Counted from the first letter of the stretch, positions 19,063-29,947 are shown. The stretch is DNA of 64,000 bases from Bacteroidia bacterium (GCA_965216465.1 CBDCFW010000003.1:224001-288000), one strand, 5' to 3'. The notes: generated by a model not told the origin, from the sequence alone. Program-made: numbers and translations.

Positions 19063-19506
19063 CTACCTGCTAAACTCCCAACGCGTTCTTACGTCTTTGT
19101 CATCCGTAAAACGTAGCGTTGAGCGGTTGATTCGATCAATGTAATTCACCATTGAAATGTCAGAACCTCTATAGATACAGATTTCTAATCGGTTTCGAAC
19201 TGTGGTTGTAGCATCGTCTCCAAAACCAGTGGTTTCTTGAACATAGCGATTGTCCCATTCACCGTCGAAGGGTTGTGGATCATTAGAGTAAAATAACTCT
19301 AAAGTGTTGTCATCATAAAAAACAATTTTTTCAATGTCGTATTCATTGGATGCATCATCGAATCCGAACCATCGGTTAGCATGTTCTGCACTTTCGAATT
19401 GCCATTCGCCAACAAGTTTGTCTTTAAATCGCTCGTCTCGATCGCAAGAAGAAAATAAAAAAAGTGAAGCCAGAAGTATAAAAGTGTAGTGTGAAATTGA
19501 TCTCAT
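19063..19506 (-). CDS. Lipocalin-like lipoprotein
   Basis: Lipobox FSSC; LVGEW motif; start moved to ATG 19506 to give a normal signal peptide. Confidence 0.65.
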   Translation of the reverse strand: MRSISHYTFILLASLFLFSSCDRDERFKDKLVGEWQFESAEHANRWFGFDDASNEYDIEKIVFYDDNTLELFYSNDPQPFDGEWDNRYVQETTGFGDDATTTVRNRLEICIYRGSDISMVNYIDRINRSTLRFTDDKDVRTRWEFSR

Positions 19507-19629
19507 GACTTTATAAACACAAAAATCATTCCGTGGATATAACTTATTGATAGTCAATGATCAGTAAGCTGCAAAGCGATCAAATAATAATACCGCTAAA
19601 TAGGTTTTATTGAACAGTAAAAGAGAAAG

Positions 19630-19703
19630 TGCACCCGGGAGGATTCGAACCCCCAACCCCCAGAGCCGAAATCTGGTATTCTATCCAGTTGAACTACGGG
19701 TGC
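19630..19703 (-). tRNA. tRNA-Arg (anticodon TCG)
   Basis: GCACCCG acceptor stem; CCAGA-TT-TCG-GC-TCTGG anticodon arm; GGTTCGAATCC T-arm; CCA not encoded. Confidence 0.95.
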
Positions 19704-19777
19704 CGGTGGGCACAAATATAAAATGCAAATCCACACTTTCTTTTCATTTCTTTACAATTCATTCTATATTTACACCT

Positions 19778-21436
19778 ATGTCTGAAAATTTTGCTTGGTT
19801 AAATAGCTACCCCTCACATGTCCCTAAAACGGTAGATCCTTTAAAATACGAATCTATTGTTTCAGTTTTTGACAATGCCATAAAGAAATACGGTGATTTA
19901 GTTGCGTTCCAAAACATGGATGTTACCTTGACATTCAATGAGTTAAATGACTTAGTAAACGCTTTTGCTTGGTATCTACAAAACAAAACGAACCTGAAAA
20001 AAGGAGATAGGGTTGCCATTCAGATGCCAAACTTGTTGCAGTTTCCTGTAGCTATGTTTGGTGTGCTAAAGGCGGGTATGGTAGCGGTAAACACAAACCC
20101 TTTATACACCCCTGCCGAGATGCTTCACCAATACAAAGATTCTGGTGCGAAAGCCATTGTTATTCTTGAAAATTTTGGTAGCAACTACCAAGAAATTGAA
20201 AGCCAATTAGATATAGACGAAGTTATTGTTACACGAATAGGTGATCTTCTTGGTGGATTGAAAGGAAGCATTGTTAACCTTGTAGTGAAACATGTTAAAA
20301 AAATGGTTCCTCCATTTAAGCTTTCAAAAAGCACGAGTTTCAAAGAGGCCTTGGCAGCAGGAAAAGGAAAATCTCCAGAACCAATTGTAGTTGGCCACGA
20401 TGATATTGCATTCTTGCAATACACAGGAGGTACTACAGGATTATCGAAAGGAGCAATCCTAACACACGGAAATATTTGCGGAAATTTATCGCAAATTGAC
20501 GCTTGGTTGACAGGCTTGTTTACAGATGGTAAAGAAGTGGTAATCACAGCTTTACCTCTATATCACATCTTCGCATTAACAGCAAATTGCCTTACCTTCT
20601 TTAATTATGGAGCACGTAATGTTTTAATAACAAATCCGCGTGATATGAAGTCTTTCTTGAAAGATATGAAGAAGAACCCATTTTCATTAATAACAGGTGT
20701 AAATACCTTGTTTAATGGGATGCTGAATCAGCCTACTTTCAAAGACATCGACTTCTCGAAACTTAAGGTTTCTTTGGGTGGAGGTATGGCGGTACAAGAC
20801 TCTGTAGCTTTGAAATGGCAGGAGGTAACAAATTCTCCTTTACTTGAAGCTTATGGATTATCGGAGACGTCGCCTGCAGCAACCATAAATCCATGTGATG
20901 GCTCGCATAGAATGGGAACTATTGGACTTCCAATTCCGAATACTGATGTTAGAATTTTGGATGATGACAAGAATGAAGTACCAGTAGGAGAAAGAGGAGA
21001 AATTGCAATCAAAGGCCCTCAAGTTATGCCGGGCTATTGGGAAAAACCTGAAGCAACCGCCGAAGTATTGCACAACGGTTATTTCTTAACTGGCGATATT
21101 GGTATAATGAATGAAGACGGCTTCTTTAAAATTGTGGATAGGAAAAAAGAAATGGTCTGTGTATCAGGATTTAACGTTTATCCAAGTGAGGTAGAAGCGG
21201 TGATTTCTGACCATCCTAAAGTATTGGAAGTGGGAGTTAGAAGTGAGCCTGATGCTAAAACAACAGAAGCAGTTATGGCATTTGTTGTACGAAAAGATGA
21301 TAGCCTTACTGAGGATGAAGTTCGCGATTTCTGTCGCGAAAAATTAACCGCCTATAAGGTGCCAAAGATTGTAGTCTTCAGAGATGAATTGCCGAAGTCG
21401 AACGTTGGTAAGATCTTAAGAAGAAAGCTTGAGTAA
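19778..21436 (+). CDS. fadD: Long-chain fatty acid-CoA ligase
   Basis: LQYTGGTTG.SKG, YGLSETSP, TGDIG, PKSNVGKILRR; start set to ATG 19778 because the longer ORF overlaps the tRNA. Confidence 0.92.
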   Translation: MSENFAWLNSYPSHVPKTVDPLKYESIVSVFDNAIKKYGDLVAFQNMDVTLTFNELNDLVNAFAWYLQNKTNLKKGDRVAIQMPNLLQFPVAMFGVLKAGMVAVNTNPLYTPAEMLHQYKDSGAKAIVILENFGSNYQEIESQLDIDEVIVTRIGDLLGGLKGSIVNLVVKHVKKMVPPFKLSKSTSFKEALAAGKGKSPEPIVVGHDDIAFLQYTGGTTGLSKGAILTHGNICGNLSQIDAWLTGLFTDGKEVVITALPLYHIFALTANCLTFFNYGARNVLITNPRDMKSFLKDMKKNPFSLITGVNTLFNGMLNQPTFKDIDFSKLKVSLGGGMAVQDSVALKWQEVTNSPLLEAYGLSETSPAATINPCDGSHRMGTIGLPIPNTDVRILDDDKNEVPVGERGEIAIKGPQVMPGYWEKPEATAEVLHNGYFLTGDIGIMNEDGFFKIVDRKKEMVCVSGFNVYPSEVEAVISDHPKVLEVGVRSEPDAKTTEAVMAFVVRKDDSLTEDEVRDFCREKLTAYKVPKIVVFRDELPKSNVGKILRRKLE

Positions 21437-22426
21437 AGCATCAATCGATTCTTGAACTTCTTCTACCTGAATTGAAAATATGGTAGAATTTTCTAAGGTT
21501 TGCTGTTTATGTCCGCGTGCTAAGAAATAGTGATGAATCTTAACATTATCGCCTTTAGGATAGAATACATCTTTTACTCCGGGGCCAAACAAGGCGATTA
21601 CCGGTATTCCTTGTGCTGATGCAATGTGCAATGGACCGCTTTCATTTCCTAAAAATAAAGCTGCTCGCTCGCATAATGCTGTGAATTCCAGCAAGTTAAA
21701 ACTTCCAGCTACATTTATATTACGCTTGCTTTTTACATACGATAAACATTCATCATTAAGCGATTTATCGTCTGGACCTCCAGCTAATAAACATGCCATA
21801 CCATGAACTTCATTGATGTAATTGATGCATTTTGCAAAGCGTTCAGTTGGCCATCTTCTAGCGGCATCTCGTGCCCCTAAATGAAGCACCACAAATGGCT
21901 TAATATTTTCTTCTTCGATGAATTTATCGACCGTGTCATATTCTTGGGGAGAAAGGCTGATCTTATTGTTTAAACTTCCTGCATGCGAAAGAAGTGGAGC
22001 TATAACTTCTAGATTGGTGTCGAGCTCATTTTTTTGACCTCCAAAGAATTTATTTTTAAAGCGAATGGATCCACGATCTACCTTATACTTAGGCCTGTTC
22101 TTTAGGCTATAATTTAACGTTTGCTCATCACCCCGTAATTCAACAATTAAATCGTATTGCTCTTTTAAGTCATTAAACTCAGTAAAGCAATTCACATAGT
22201 CTAAATGCTTAAAAAACACCGTGTTAAATGGTTTGCAGTAGAGGTCAAATTTGGCATTGGGAAACTGTTCTTTGAGGTTATAAAACACGTGCATTGCTGT
22301 AATCATGTCACCAATTTCATCACGTTTTACAACCAAAATACTTGCAAATGGATACGACTTGTTTCCAAGTAAGTTGATGAACTTAGTAGTAATCCACGAT
22401 TTAAAATATAACAGTTTCTCGCTCAC
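21416..22426 (-). CDS. Glycosyltransferase family 9 (heptosyltransferase-like)
   Basis: DEIGDMI; RRWP.ERF; GNESGPLHIA...P.IALFGP. Confidence 0.88.
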   Translation of the reverse strand: MSEKLLYFKSWITTKFINLLGNKSYPFASILVVKRDEIGDMITAMHVFYNLKEQFPNAKFDLYCKPFNTVFFKHLDYVNCFTEFNDLKEQYDLIVELRGDEQTLNYSLKNRPKYKVDRGSIRFKNKFFGGQKNELDTNLEVIAPLLSHAGSLNNKISLSPQEYDTVDKFIEEENIKPFVVLHLGARDAARRWPTERFAKCINYINEVHGMACLLAGGPDDKSLNDECLSYVKSKRNINVAGSFNLLEFTALCERAALFLGNESGPLHIASAQGIPVIALFGPGVKDVFYPKGDNVKIHHYFLARGHKQQTLENSTIFSIQVEEVQESIDALLKLSS

Positions 22427-23176
22427 TTATTCTTTTACTAATGGGTAAAGTGTTGGTCTGCTTGGTGCCGCATCAGATTGAAAAGGTGCAATGTTAAGCT
22501 TTAGTAAATAGAGCCCGTCGGAAGCGGAATCATCAACGTAGGCAAACTCCGTAATAGAAGCATCTTTTCTGGGGTTTTCAGGATATTGCCAGAAAATATG
22601 ATGCGCAGCTAGTGCCCCGTCGTCCCATTCAGGGTCAACAGAAGGTAAATCTAGAATGAGGTGTTTTATTCCAGCTGTAACAATGGCTTGCATATCCTCC
22701 AAGCTAATAAAGGGAGTGTTTTCGCCAGAATAGTCTTTAGATCGTTTTGAATTTGCGTTTGGAAGCGTTCGAATCACTAAGGCGTCAACTGCTTCAAGGT
22801 CTTCAAAATTCAGATTACTAAAATCAACTATCTGTTGGCCTGATGTTGTCTGTTTTGCAGAGAAACTAAGCACCAAAGCGACATAGTGTTTATCTTTAAT
22901 GCAGTCGTTCACATGAAAAACTTCTTTTGAAATATGACCCAAACACTCAGAGTGAGTGCCATTTCCATGCGGAGTGAAGGTGATAGTCTCTAAATTACAT
23001 CCCGAACCTTGAGCAATAGAACCAATAAATCCTTGATCCTCATAAACTTTATATTGTGCGTTGGCAATACTAAAACAACTTACACCCTCGTTTCGTTGAA
23101 TAGGTATACCGATTTCAATGGCAGCGTTTAAATCTGCCGTATAATTGCTTTCTTTGTGTTTTACATGCACAATCAT
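22427..23176 (-). CDS. Cyclase family protein (kynurenine formamidase-like metal hydrolase)
   Basis: PHGNGTHSEC.GH; DLPSVD; DAAPSRP. Confidence 0.85.
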   Translation of the reverse strand: MIVHVKHKESNYTADLNAAIEIGIPIQRNEGVSCFSIANAQYKVYEDQGFIGSIAQGSGCNLETITFTPHGNGTHSECLGHISKEVFHVNDCIKDKHYVALVLSFSAKQTTSGQQIVDFSNLNFEDLEAVDALVIRTLPNANSKRSKDYSGENTPFISLEDMQAIVTAGIKHLILDLPSVDPEWDDGALAAHHIFWQYPENPRKDASITEFAYVDDSASDGLYLLKLNIAPFQSDAAPSRPTLYPLVKE

Positions 23177-23258
23177 TGCGGCAAAAATACTTTTTTGGGG
23201 CTTTTATGACTGACTTAAGTAATTTCGAACGAATAAAAATTGATTATCATTAGATAAC

Positions 23259-24425
23259 TTGAAAAGAAATAGCTACGAAATAAAACGGTTGGTCAAGGGT
23301 GTATTGCTTTTTTCGGCATTCCTCATTGGCTTTTTCTCACTGTGGTACACAAACAACTTAGTTGACAAACTAAAAGAGCAAGAGCGAGATAAAATTGAGA
23401 CTTGGGCAAACGCAACACGACTTATAGCTTCTACCAATTATGAAGGAGACTACGGTTTTCTTTTCCAAATAATTGAAGCAAATACAACAATTCCAGTAAT
23501 TCAGACTGATGCTGATGGCCACATTGTGAATACCAGAAACCTTGATTCAGCATTTAAAGACGATATGGCCTATCTCTTGAACAAGGTTGAAGAAATGAAG
23601 GAGCAGAACGAAGTAATTGAAATTGAATATCTGGAAGGCCAGAAGCTGTTTATATACTACGAAAATTCAACATTGTTAAATCAACTCAGGATTTATCCTT
23701 ACTTCCAGATTGCCGTTATCGGGCTCTTTTTGTTTGTGAGCTACTTTGCATTTAGTTACAGCAGAACATCCGAACAAAATAAGGTGTGGGCCGGTATGAG
23801 TAAAGAAACGGCTCATCAGCTGGGAACACCCATATCTTCGCTGATGGGGTGGATGGACTATATCAAATCGAGCGATACCAACTTATCACCTAAGGTAATT
23901 GATGAAATGGATCATGACATGAAACGCTTGGGGTTAATCACTGAACGGTTCTCAAAAATTGGATCAGAACCGATACTTGAACCCTGCAATTTGTTTGATG
24001 TGTTGAACGAAAGTGTAAGCTACATAAACTCTCGAACCTCAGATCAAGTTGAGATTTCTATTAAAAACACAGACCTGTTTCAAGGGATTAAGGTTCACGT
24101 TAATGTTCCGCTTTTTGCCTGGGTAATTGAAAATCTGTGTAAAAATGCGGTGGATGCGATGGATGGAAAAGGTAGCATCACCTTTGAGCTGGCAGAAAAC
24201 GGCAGCAAGGTGATTTTTGATGTTGTAGATACAGGAAAAGGAATTCCAACCAATAAGTACAAAACCATTTTCAAACCTGGGTATACGACTAAGAAAAGAG
24301 GATGGGGGCTTGGACTTTCGTTGGTGAAGCGAATTATCGAGAACTATCACAAAGGAAAAATTTACGTAAAGTCATCAGAATTGAACAAAGGAACACGGTT
24401 TAGGATTGAACTGAAATCGTATTAA
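23259..24425 (+). CDS. Membrane sensor histidine kinase
   Basis: ETAHQLGTP H-box; ENLCKNAVDA; DTGKG; GWGLGLSL. Confidence 0.92.
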   Translation: MKRNSYEIKRLVKGVLLFSAFLIGFFSLWYTNNLVDKLKEQERDKIETWANATRLIASTNYEGDYGFLFQIIEANTTIPVIQTDADGHIVNTRNLDSAFKDDMAYLLNKVEEMKEQNEVIEIEYLEGQKLFIYYENSTLLNQLRIYPYFQIAVIGLFLFVSYFAFSYSRTSEQNKVWAGMSKETAHQLGTPISSLMGWMDYIKSSDTNLSPKVIDEMDHDMKRLGLITERFSKIGSEPILEPCNLFDVLNESVSYINSRTSDQVEISIKNTDLFQGIKVHVNVPLFAWVIENLCKNAVDAMDGKGSITFELAENGSKVIFDVVDTGKGIPTNKYKTIFKPGYTTKKRGWGLGLSLVKRIIENYHKGKIYVKSSELNKGTRFRIELKSY

Positions 24426-24506
24426 ATGTTTATATCTCTATTGAAAATGATTATATGTAAAGTTGACCATTAGCTTTAACTTTGTACCTACATTTAATTT
24501 AAAATT

Positions 24507-24827
24507 ATGGCATTAGAATTTTCAGACTCAAATTTCGAAGCAGAAGTATTGAACAGTGACACCCCAGTATTAGTTGATTTCTGGGCAGAGTGGTGTGGAC
24601 CATGTAGAATGATTGGACCGATTGTAGAAGAGCTATCAACAGAATACGATGGTAAAGTGAAAATCGGAAAAATGAATGTAGACCATAATCCAAATGTACC
24701 AATGAAGTACGGTATTAGAAGCATCCCTACTTTGTTAGTGTTTAAAGGTGGTGAGCCGGTTGATAAAATCGTTGGTGCAGTACCAAAATCAAACTTGGTA
24801 AGCAAGTTAGAAGCACAATTAGCGTAA
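24507..24827 (+). CDS. trxA: Thioredoxin
   Basis: WAEWCGPC; SIPT. Confidence 0.95.
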   Translation: MALEFSDSNFEAEVLNSDTPVLVDFWAEWCGPCRMIGPIVEELSTEYDGKVKIGKMNVDHNPNVPMKYGIRSIPTLLVFKGGEPVDKIVGAVPKSNLVSKLEAQLA

Positions 24828-24850
24828 GTAAAATACTATTTGTAATATTG

Positions 24851-24886
24851 AGCGGTAATTCTCGTTAGAGGGTTACCGCTTTTTTT
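24851..24886 (+). terminator. Intrinsic terminator after trxA
   Basis: AGCGGTAA...TTACCGCT stem followed by T run. Confidence 0.8.
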
Positions 24887-25798
24887 GTGAAGATCAAAAA
24901 GGAAGACATATTAAACACAGGAAACCTGGAGTTGCTTGCCAAAAAAGCGGTTGAAGGTTTCATTACAGGCTATCACAAAAGTCCGTTTCATGGTTTTTCT
25001 GTTGAATTTGCAGAGCATAGGCAATACAACAATGGAGAGTCTACCAAAAACATTGATTGGAAACTCTATGGAAGATCAGATAAGCTTTTTGTAAAGCGAT
25101 ATGAGGAAGAAACTAACCTTCGTTGTCAAATAATAATTGACACTTCATCTTCAATGCAGATAGAGCAGAAAGAGAGCTTAAGCAAATTGCAATTTTCCAT
25201 TTGGACTGCTGCGGTTTTTCTGCAAATGCTGAAGAAGCAACGAGACGCATCTGGACTTTGTTTTTTTGAAGAAGAAATTCAAGAGTATACCAAAATAGCC
25301 TCATCTTCAAGGCATTATAAGGAGTTGATTTTTAAGCTGGAGCCTTATTTGTCGTATCAAAGTCGCAATAAAAAAACCAATATAGCCTCGGTACTTCATA
25401 GCATCGCTAATCAGCTTCATAAACGTAGCTTGGTTGTGCTTTTTACAGACTTCTTTGAGCAGAATAGAGATGTTGAGCACCTTTTCGATGCTATTAAGCA
25501 TCTCAAATACAACAACCACGAAGTAATTGTATTTCACACCGTTCATAAACCTAGCGAGGTGGATTTTGATTTTCCCTCGGTTCCAGTTTCTTTCGAAGAT
25601 GCAGAATCTGGAGAGATTATTAAAGTTCAGCCCTCAGAGATTAAAGCCGATTATAAGCAGGCTATAGCTGACTACAATCAAGATATTAAGCTCAAAATGA
25701 GCCAGTATAAAGTCGATTTTGTAGTAGCTGATACGGCAGACAGCGTAGCTCACGCAATCATCCCATTTTTGGTTAAACGCAAGAAAATGAGCACTTAA
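24887..25798 (+). CDS. DUF58 domain protein
   Basis: G.H.SP.HGFSVEFAEHRQY...IDWK; FVKRYEEETN; DTSSSM. Confidence 0.92.
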   Translation: MKIKKEDILNTGNLELLAKKAVEGFITGYHKSPFHGFSVEFAEHRQYNNGESTKNIDWKLYGRSDKLFVKRYEEETNLRCQIIIDTSSSMQIEQKESLSKLQFSIWTAAVFLQMLKKQRDASGLCFFEEEIQEYTKIASSSRHYKELIFKLEPYLSYQSRNKKTNIASVLHSIANQLHKRSLVVLFTDFFEQNRDVEHLFDAIKHLKYNNHEVIVFHTVHKPSEVDFDFPSVPVSFEDAESGEIIKVQPSEIKADYKQAIADYNQDIKLKMSQYKVDFVVADTADSVAHAIIPFLVKRKKMST

Positions 25799-26826
25799 GC
25801 CTCAATCTTTGCATTCATGATCTTAAAGAAGAGTGGGGGGATTAGTGCAAGAATTATTGAACCAGGATAACCTGTTGGAAGGTCTCTTGCTTTTGGCATG
25901 CTTTCAAGTTCGTAATACTCACGGCTAGCATTCTCATGGTGATGCGAGTGTCTTGAAAGTTCAAAGAGTAAAAAACGTCCTAGAACGTGATCTGAATTCC
26001 ACGAGTGACTGGCATTAACCCGTTCAAATACATCTGGATGAATCTCTTTTCTAAATAAACCATAGTGCTCAACATAATTAATTGACTCGAGCAACAAAAA
26101 GCCAATTATTGCTGCGAATACGAAGAATACAAGGGCGTTAACTCCGATAAAAAGGTAGATGGCAAGAAGTGTTATTGCTTCCAAAAGCAGAAACCTAACA
26201 AATAGATTGTTAGGAGATAACCAGTGCTTATTGAGCTTGTTTAGGCGTTGTTTTTCAAGATTAAATGCCGAAGCAACACTTTGAACTACACAACGAATCC
26301 AAAATACATAAATCGCTTCATTTTTACGCGCTGTGGCGGCGTCGGCAAATGTTCCCACACGCTTGTGGTGGCCACGGTTATGCTCGATAAAGAAATGCTG
26401 GTACAAGCTGGTGAGCAGGAGGGCCTGAGCTACCAAGTGATATCCTTTCTGTTTTCGGTGTCCCAACTCATGGGCAACATTTATACCGTAAACCCCGCAA
26501 AGCAGCCCTAAAGTTGCAAGTGCACCAATCCACTCAGAGGTAGAGTAATCTCCAGCTTGAATAAAAAGTAAATACTTGATTAAAATGTAGATGTGAAACG
26601 GAGCAATTAAGACAATAGTTATGTTGTTTAATAATGGGTTTTTTACTTGGAAAAAGTCCTTGTTGGGTTTGAGAAATAGTTCCAAAATGGGAATAATTCC
26701 AAAAGCGGAAATAGGGGCGAAATAGAAGCTAAGGCCTTTGAATTCAAGGGCTAACAGTGCTAAAAAGCCAAAGATGTAGCTGGCTAAATAGAAATAAAAT
26801 GAGGTCGTTACTTGTATTTTCTTCAA
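25795..26826 (-). CDS. alkB: Alkane 1-monooxygenase (AlkB family)
   Basis: His boxes HELGH, EHNRGHH, NYVEHYG, SRHSHHH; LPTGYP. Confidence 0.88.
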   Translation of the reverse strand: MKKIQVTTSFYFYLASYIFGFLALLALEFKGLSFYFAPISAFGIIPILELFLKPNKDFFQVKNPLLNNITIVLIAPFHIYILIKYLLFIQAGDYSTSEWIGALATLGLLCGVYGINVAHELGHRKQKGYHLVAQALLLTSLYQHFFIEHNRGHHKRVGTFADAATARKNEAIYVFWIRCVVQSVASAFNLEKQRLNKLNKHWLSPNNLFVRFLLLEAITLLAIYLFIGVNALVFFVFAAIIGFLLLESINYVEHYGLFRKEIHPDVFERVNASHSWNSDHVLGRFLLFELSRHSHHHENASREYYELESMPKARDLPTGYPGSIILALIPPLFFKIMNAKIEA

Positions 26827-26865
26827 TTTTTGCGTTAATTTTGTAATATAAACTACTACTACTTA

Positions 26866-29256
26866 ATGAAACATTCATTAAAAACTATTCAAATAAATAG
26901 AAAAATTCCTTCATTCGCGAAGGTTCTTGAAGCTACTCCAGTTTCACTTTCTATTAAAAACATTCGACTCGAATATGTTTACTATAACAACCGATTTGTT
27001 GATCTGTTCGGAATAACCAAAAACATTGAAAACGATTTCGATTTATTCATTCCTGAAGTAGCCTTTGAGCTTAATCAAGAAGACTCAAATGTGCTTACAT
27101 CTGAATTAGAATGCGAGGTAGAAACAGCTGTAATTACCAAAGGTGGTGACCAGAAGGTGTTAACTATCTCTCGTTCAGTATATGAAGAAGATGGTGAAAA
27201 ATACATCATCTCCCTTATTCGCGATGTTACTGACAAGCTTCAAGACAAGCACTTTGCGGCCTATAAACAAGTTTTAACTGATGCAGAGGTTTACGAGAAA
27301 CTCTTAAACCGATTCTCAAATTTCATATTTGGAACAAACGATAAAGAAGAAATTATAAAAGGGGTAGGCAAGCTTTGTATTGACCTATTAAACCTTGATG
27401 ATCTTTCTATCTTTATTTATAATGAGCAGGAAGAAATCTTGGAGCAAAAGGCTTATGTTCTTCGTGATCAAGTCATTCATTATGATGAGACTGGGAGTCG
27501 ATTCAAGCGAATACCATTAAGTAGAGGAATTACAGGTCGTGCTGCTAGGCTTAGAGAAACTGTTGTTGTTGAAGATGTTTCGCAAGACTCTGATTTCATT
27601 ACAGATAATATCGATTGTCTCAGTGAAATTGCTGTTCCTATTATATACAAGAACAAACTGCTTGGTGTTTTAGATTCTGAATCAACAAGACCAAATTACT
27701 ATAACGATAAAATCAAATCGACATTTGAAGGAATTGCCTCGTTACTAGCGATTAAGCTGAACGAGCTTGATAATTTTAGAAAATTAAGTGCTAAGAACTA
27801 TGAGCTTGAGTCGTTGATAAAGCACAATCCACTTCCTGTGGTAATGCTTGATTCAGACTATAAGTATTTAGAAGCTTCACAAGTGTGGATTGACCAATTT
27901 GTTAAAGACCCTAGTCAATCGATAATTGGGATGAATCACTTCGAATTGAATCCAAACATTCCATTGCGTTGGAAAAGAGTGATTAATAAGGCAATGGCGG
28001 GTAGTTCTCAAGAACTAAAAAAGGAATACTACCGAAGAAAGAATGGAGAGTCAGATTGGTTTTATGCTAAAGTATCACCGTGGTTTACAGCTCAGAATGA
28101 GGTGGGAGGGGTGATTATAGTTGCTGAGATCATCTCTGAGCGTGTAGAGAACGAGGTTAAACTGCTCAAAACCAGTGAAGAACTTAACGACGCTCGCAAG
28201 ATTGGAAAGCTGTATACCTGGAACTTTAATCCTGAAACTGGACAGTTTTTATGGGATTCAGGAGTTATTGAAAACTCTGGTTTCGAGCAAAACAAGAGCT
28301 ACGAGATGGATGCAATCTTTGATTTGATTGATGAAGAATACCACGAAGACTTCAATCGTTCATTGAAGGATGCGATTGAGAATAAATCAGGATTTGAACT
28401 TATTCATCCCATTAATCTCAAAGGAAAGAAACATTGGATTCATAACCGAGCTAAGGTTGAAACCAACAATGGCGAAATAGTAAGAATACTGGGTACCGCA
28501 CAAGATATAACAGATCAGATGGACGCTCGCTCGGCTTACAAAGCAAAGAACGAGGAGCTTATGAAGATTAACGAAGAGTTAGATCAATTTGTGTACAAAA
28601 CGGCTCATGACCTTAGAGCACCATTAGCGAATTTGATTGGTTTAATAGGGGTAATGAGAAATGAAGCAGATTTGAACCTCCTGAATTCTTACTTTGATCT
28701 ACAAGAGCAAAGCATTACTAAGCTAGACGACTTTATTCAGAAAATTACAACTTATACAAAGAATGCACGACTTCCGATAGTAGAAGAGAAGCTGAACTTC
28801 AACATAATGATTGATGACATTTTAGGTTCTTTTATGTACTACGATAAATCGATGGAAGTTTCTAAAATTGTTCAAATTGACCCAAATTTGAGTTTCTACT
28901 CTGATGCTGAGCGTGTTGCAACCATATTGCGTAACTTAATATCTAATGCAATTAAGTTTAGCGATACACAAAAGACAAATTCAGAAATACGAATAGAAAT
29001 CAAGCCGGTGGGTAATTTCTTAAGTCTTACTGTTCGTGATAACGGAATTGGGATTTCAGAAAATATACAGAAAAGAGTATTCGATATGTTTTACAGAGGC
29101 CATAAGTCTGCAGATGGTGCAGGTATAGGCCTTTATATTGTGAACGAAACGGTACAAAAGCTTAACGGGAGCATTAAATTAGAGTCTAAAGAAGCGGAAT
29201 ACACCGAAGTTAAGCTTCTTTTGCCTAACTTAGACCCCAATCTATTGATGCAATGA
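26866..29256 (+). CDS. Cytoplasmic PAS-GAF-PAS sensor histidine kinase
   Basis: GAF (GITGRAA...SEIAVPI); PAS segments; AHDLRAPL; NLISNAIK; DNGIG; GAGIGL. Confidence 0.9.
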   Translation: MKHSLKTIQINRKIPSFAKVLEATPVSLSIKNIRLEYVYYNNRFVDLFGITKNIENDFDLFIPEVAFELNQEDSNVLTSELECEVETAVITKGGDQKVLTISRSVYEEDGEKYIISLIRDVTDKLQDKHFAAYKQVLTDAEVYEKLLNRFSNFIFGTNDKEEIIKGVGKLCIDLLNLDDLSIFIYNEQEEILEQKAYVLRDQVIHYDETGSRFKRIPLSRGITGRAARLRETVVVEDVSQDSDFITDNIDCLSEIAVPIIYKNKLLGVLDSESTRPNYYNDKIKSTFEGIASLLAIKLNELDNFRKLSAKNYELESLIKHNPLPVVMLDSDYKYLEASQVWIDQFVKDPSQSIIGMNHFELNPNIPLRWKRVINKAMAGSSQELKKEYYRRKNGESDWFYAKVSPWFTAQNEVGGVIIVAEIISERVENEVKLLKTSEELNDARKIGKLYTWNFNPETGQFLWDSGVIENSGFEQNKSYEMDAIFDLIDEEYHEDFNRSLKDAIENKSGFELIHPINLKGKKHWIHNRAKVETNNGEIVRILGTAQDITDQMDARSAYKAKNEELMKINEELDQFVYKTAHDLRAPLANLIGLIGVMRNEADLNLLNSYFDLQEQSITKLDDFIQKITTYTKNARLPIVEEKLNFNIMIDDILGSFMYYDKSMEVSKIVQIDPNLSFYSDAERVATILRNLISNAIKFSDTQKTNSEIRIEIKPVGNFLSLTVRDNGIGISENIQKRVFDMFYRGHKSADGAGIGLYIVNETVQKLNGSIKLESKEAEYTEVKLLLPNLDPNLLMQ

Positions 29257-29612
29257 TTTATCTTGTTGATGATGATCCAATTCAAAACTTGCTTACCAGC
29301 CAGTTGATCCAAAATGCCAACATTGATTTAGAATATAAGATCTTTAACAATGGCGAAGAGGTGATGGCAGAAATTGAGCAAGGAGGAAAACCCCATGTTA
29401 TCCTTCTCGATATTAATATGCCGATTATGGATGGCTGGGAATTCTTGGATGTTTACTCAACGAGAAAAAAACAAGCTGATGTTTACATGCTAACTTCTTC
29501 GTCTAATGGAGATGATTTGGCACGAGCAGACAATTACAAGTGTGTTAAAGGGTATTACACAAAGCCGATTAACGCAGAAACCATAAAGGGGATATTCAAA
29601 AAAGACGATTAA
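29253..29612 (+). CDS. Single-domain response regulator
   Basis: LVDDD; LLDINMP.MDGWEFL; MLTSS; KP. Confidence 0.92.
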   Translation: MIYLVDDDPIQNLLTSQLIQNANIDLEYKIFNNGEEVMAEIEQGGKPHVILLDINMPIMDGWEFLDVYSTRKKQADVYMLTSSSNGDDLARADNYKCVKGYYTKPINAETIKGIFKKDD

Positions 29613-29947
29613 TTGCCTTCACGACTGTTTAACTTGTCTTTAAGCAAGGCAATAATTTCATCTTTTTCAGCAATCAATTCTTTCAATAATTCATTCTCAA
29701 CCTGCAGTGTTTTGTAGGTTCCTTTGGGTTCGTTTAAGATTCCTCCTTCTGTAATATCCGAAACTCTACAGCCGAGCTCTTCGCAGATAGTTTGTAAATG
29801 GATTCCTTTGATTTTTCCGGAAGTGCGTTTAAGCTTATAGTAATTTTGAGAAGTCATGTCGACAGAACTCTTACTAAAAAAGCGACTGATTGTGCTGTAC
29901 TTGCTAGCGTGAATGAGGTCTTCTATTGCGTCGAAATTGATTGTCAT
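29609..29947 (-). CDS. XRE/Cro-like HTH protein with C-terminal coiled coil
   Basis: L..ICEELGC.VSDI HTH end; EP..TY linker; ENELLKELIAEKDEII coil. Confidence 0.6.
   Translation of the reverse strand: MTINFDAIEDLIHASKYSTISRFFSKSSVDMTSQNYYKLKRTSGKIKGIHLQTICEELGCRVSDITEGGILNEPKGTYKTLQVENELLKELIAEKDEIIALLKDKLNSREGN

Noticed and set aside
19610-19777. 56-aa N-terminal extension of FadD
   Set aside because: Overlaps the antisense tRNA-Arg; the FadD-like sequence starts at ATG 19778 behind a -7-like box
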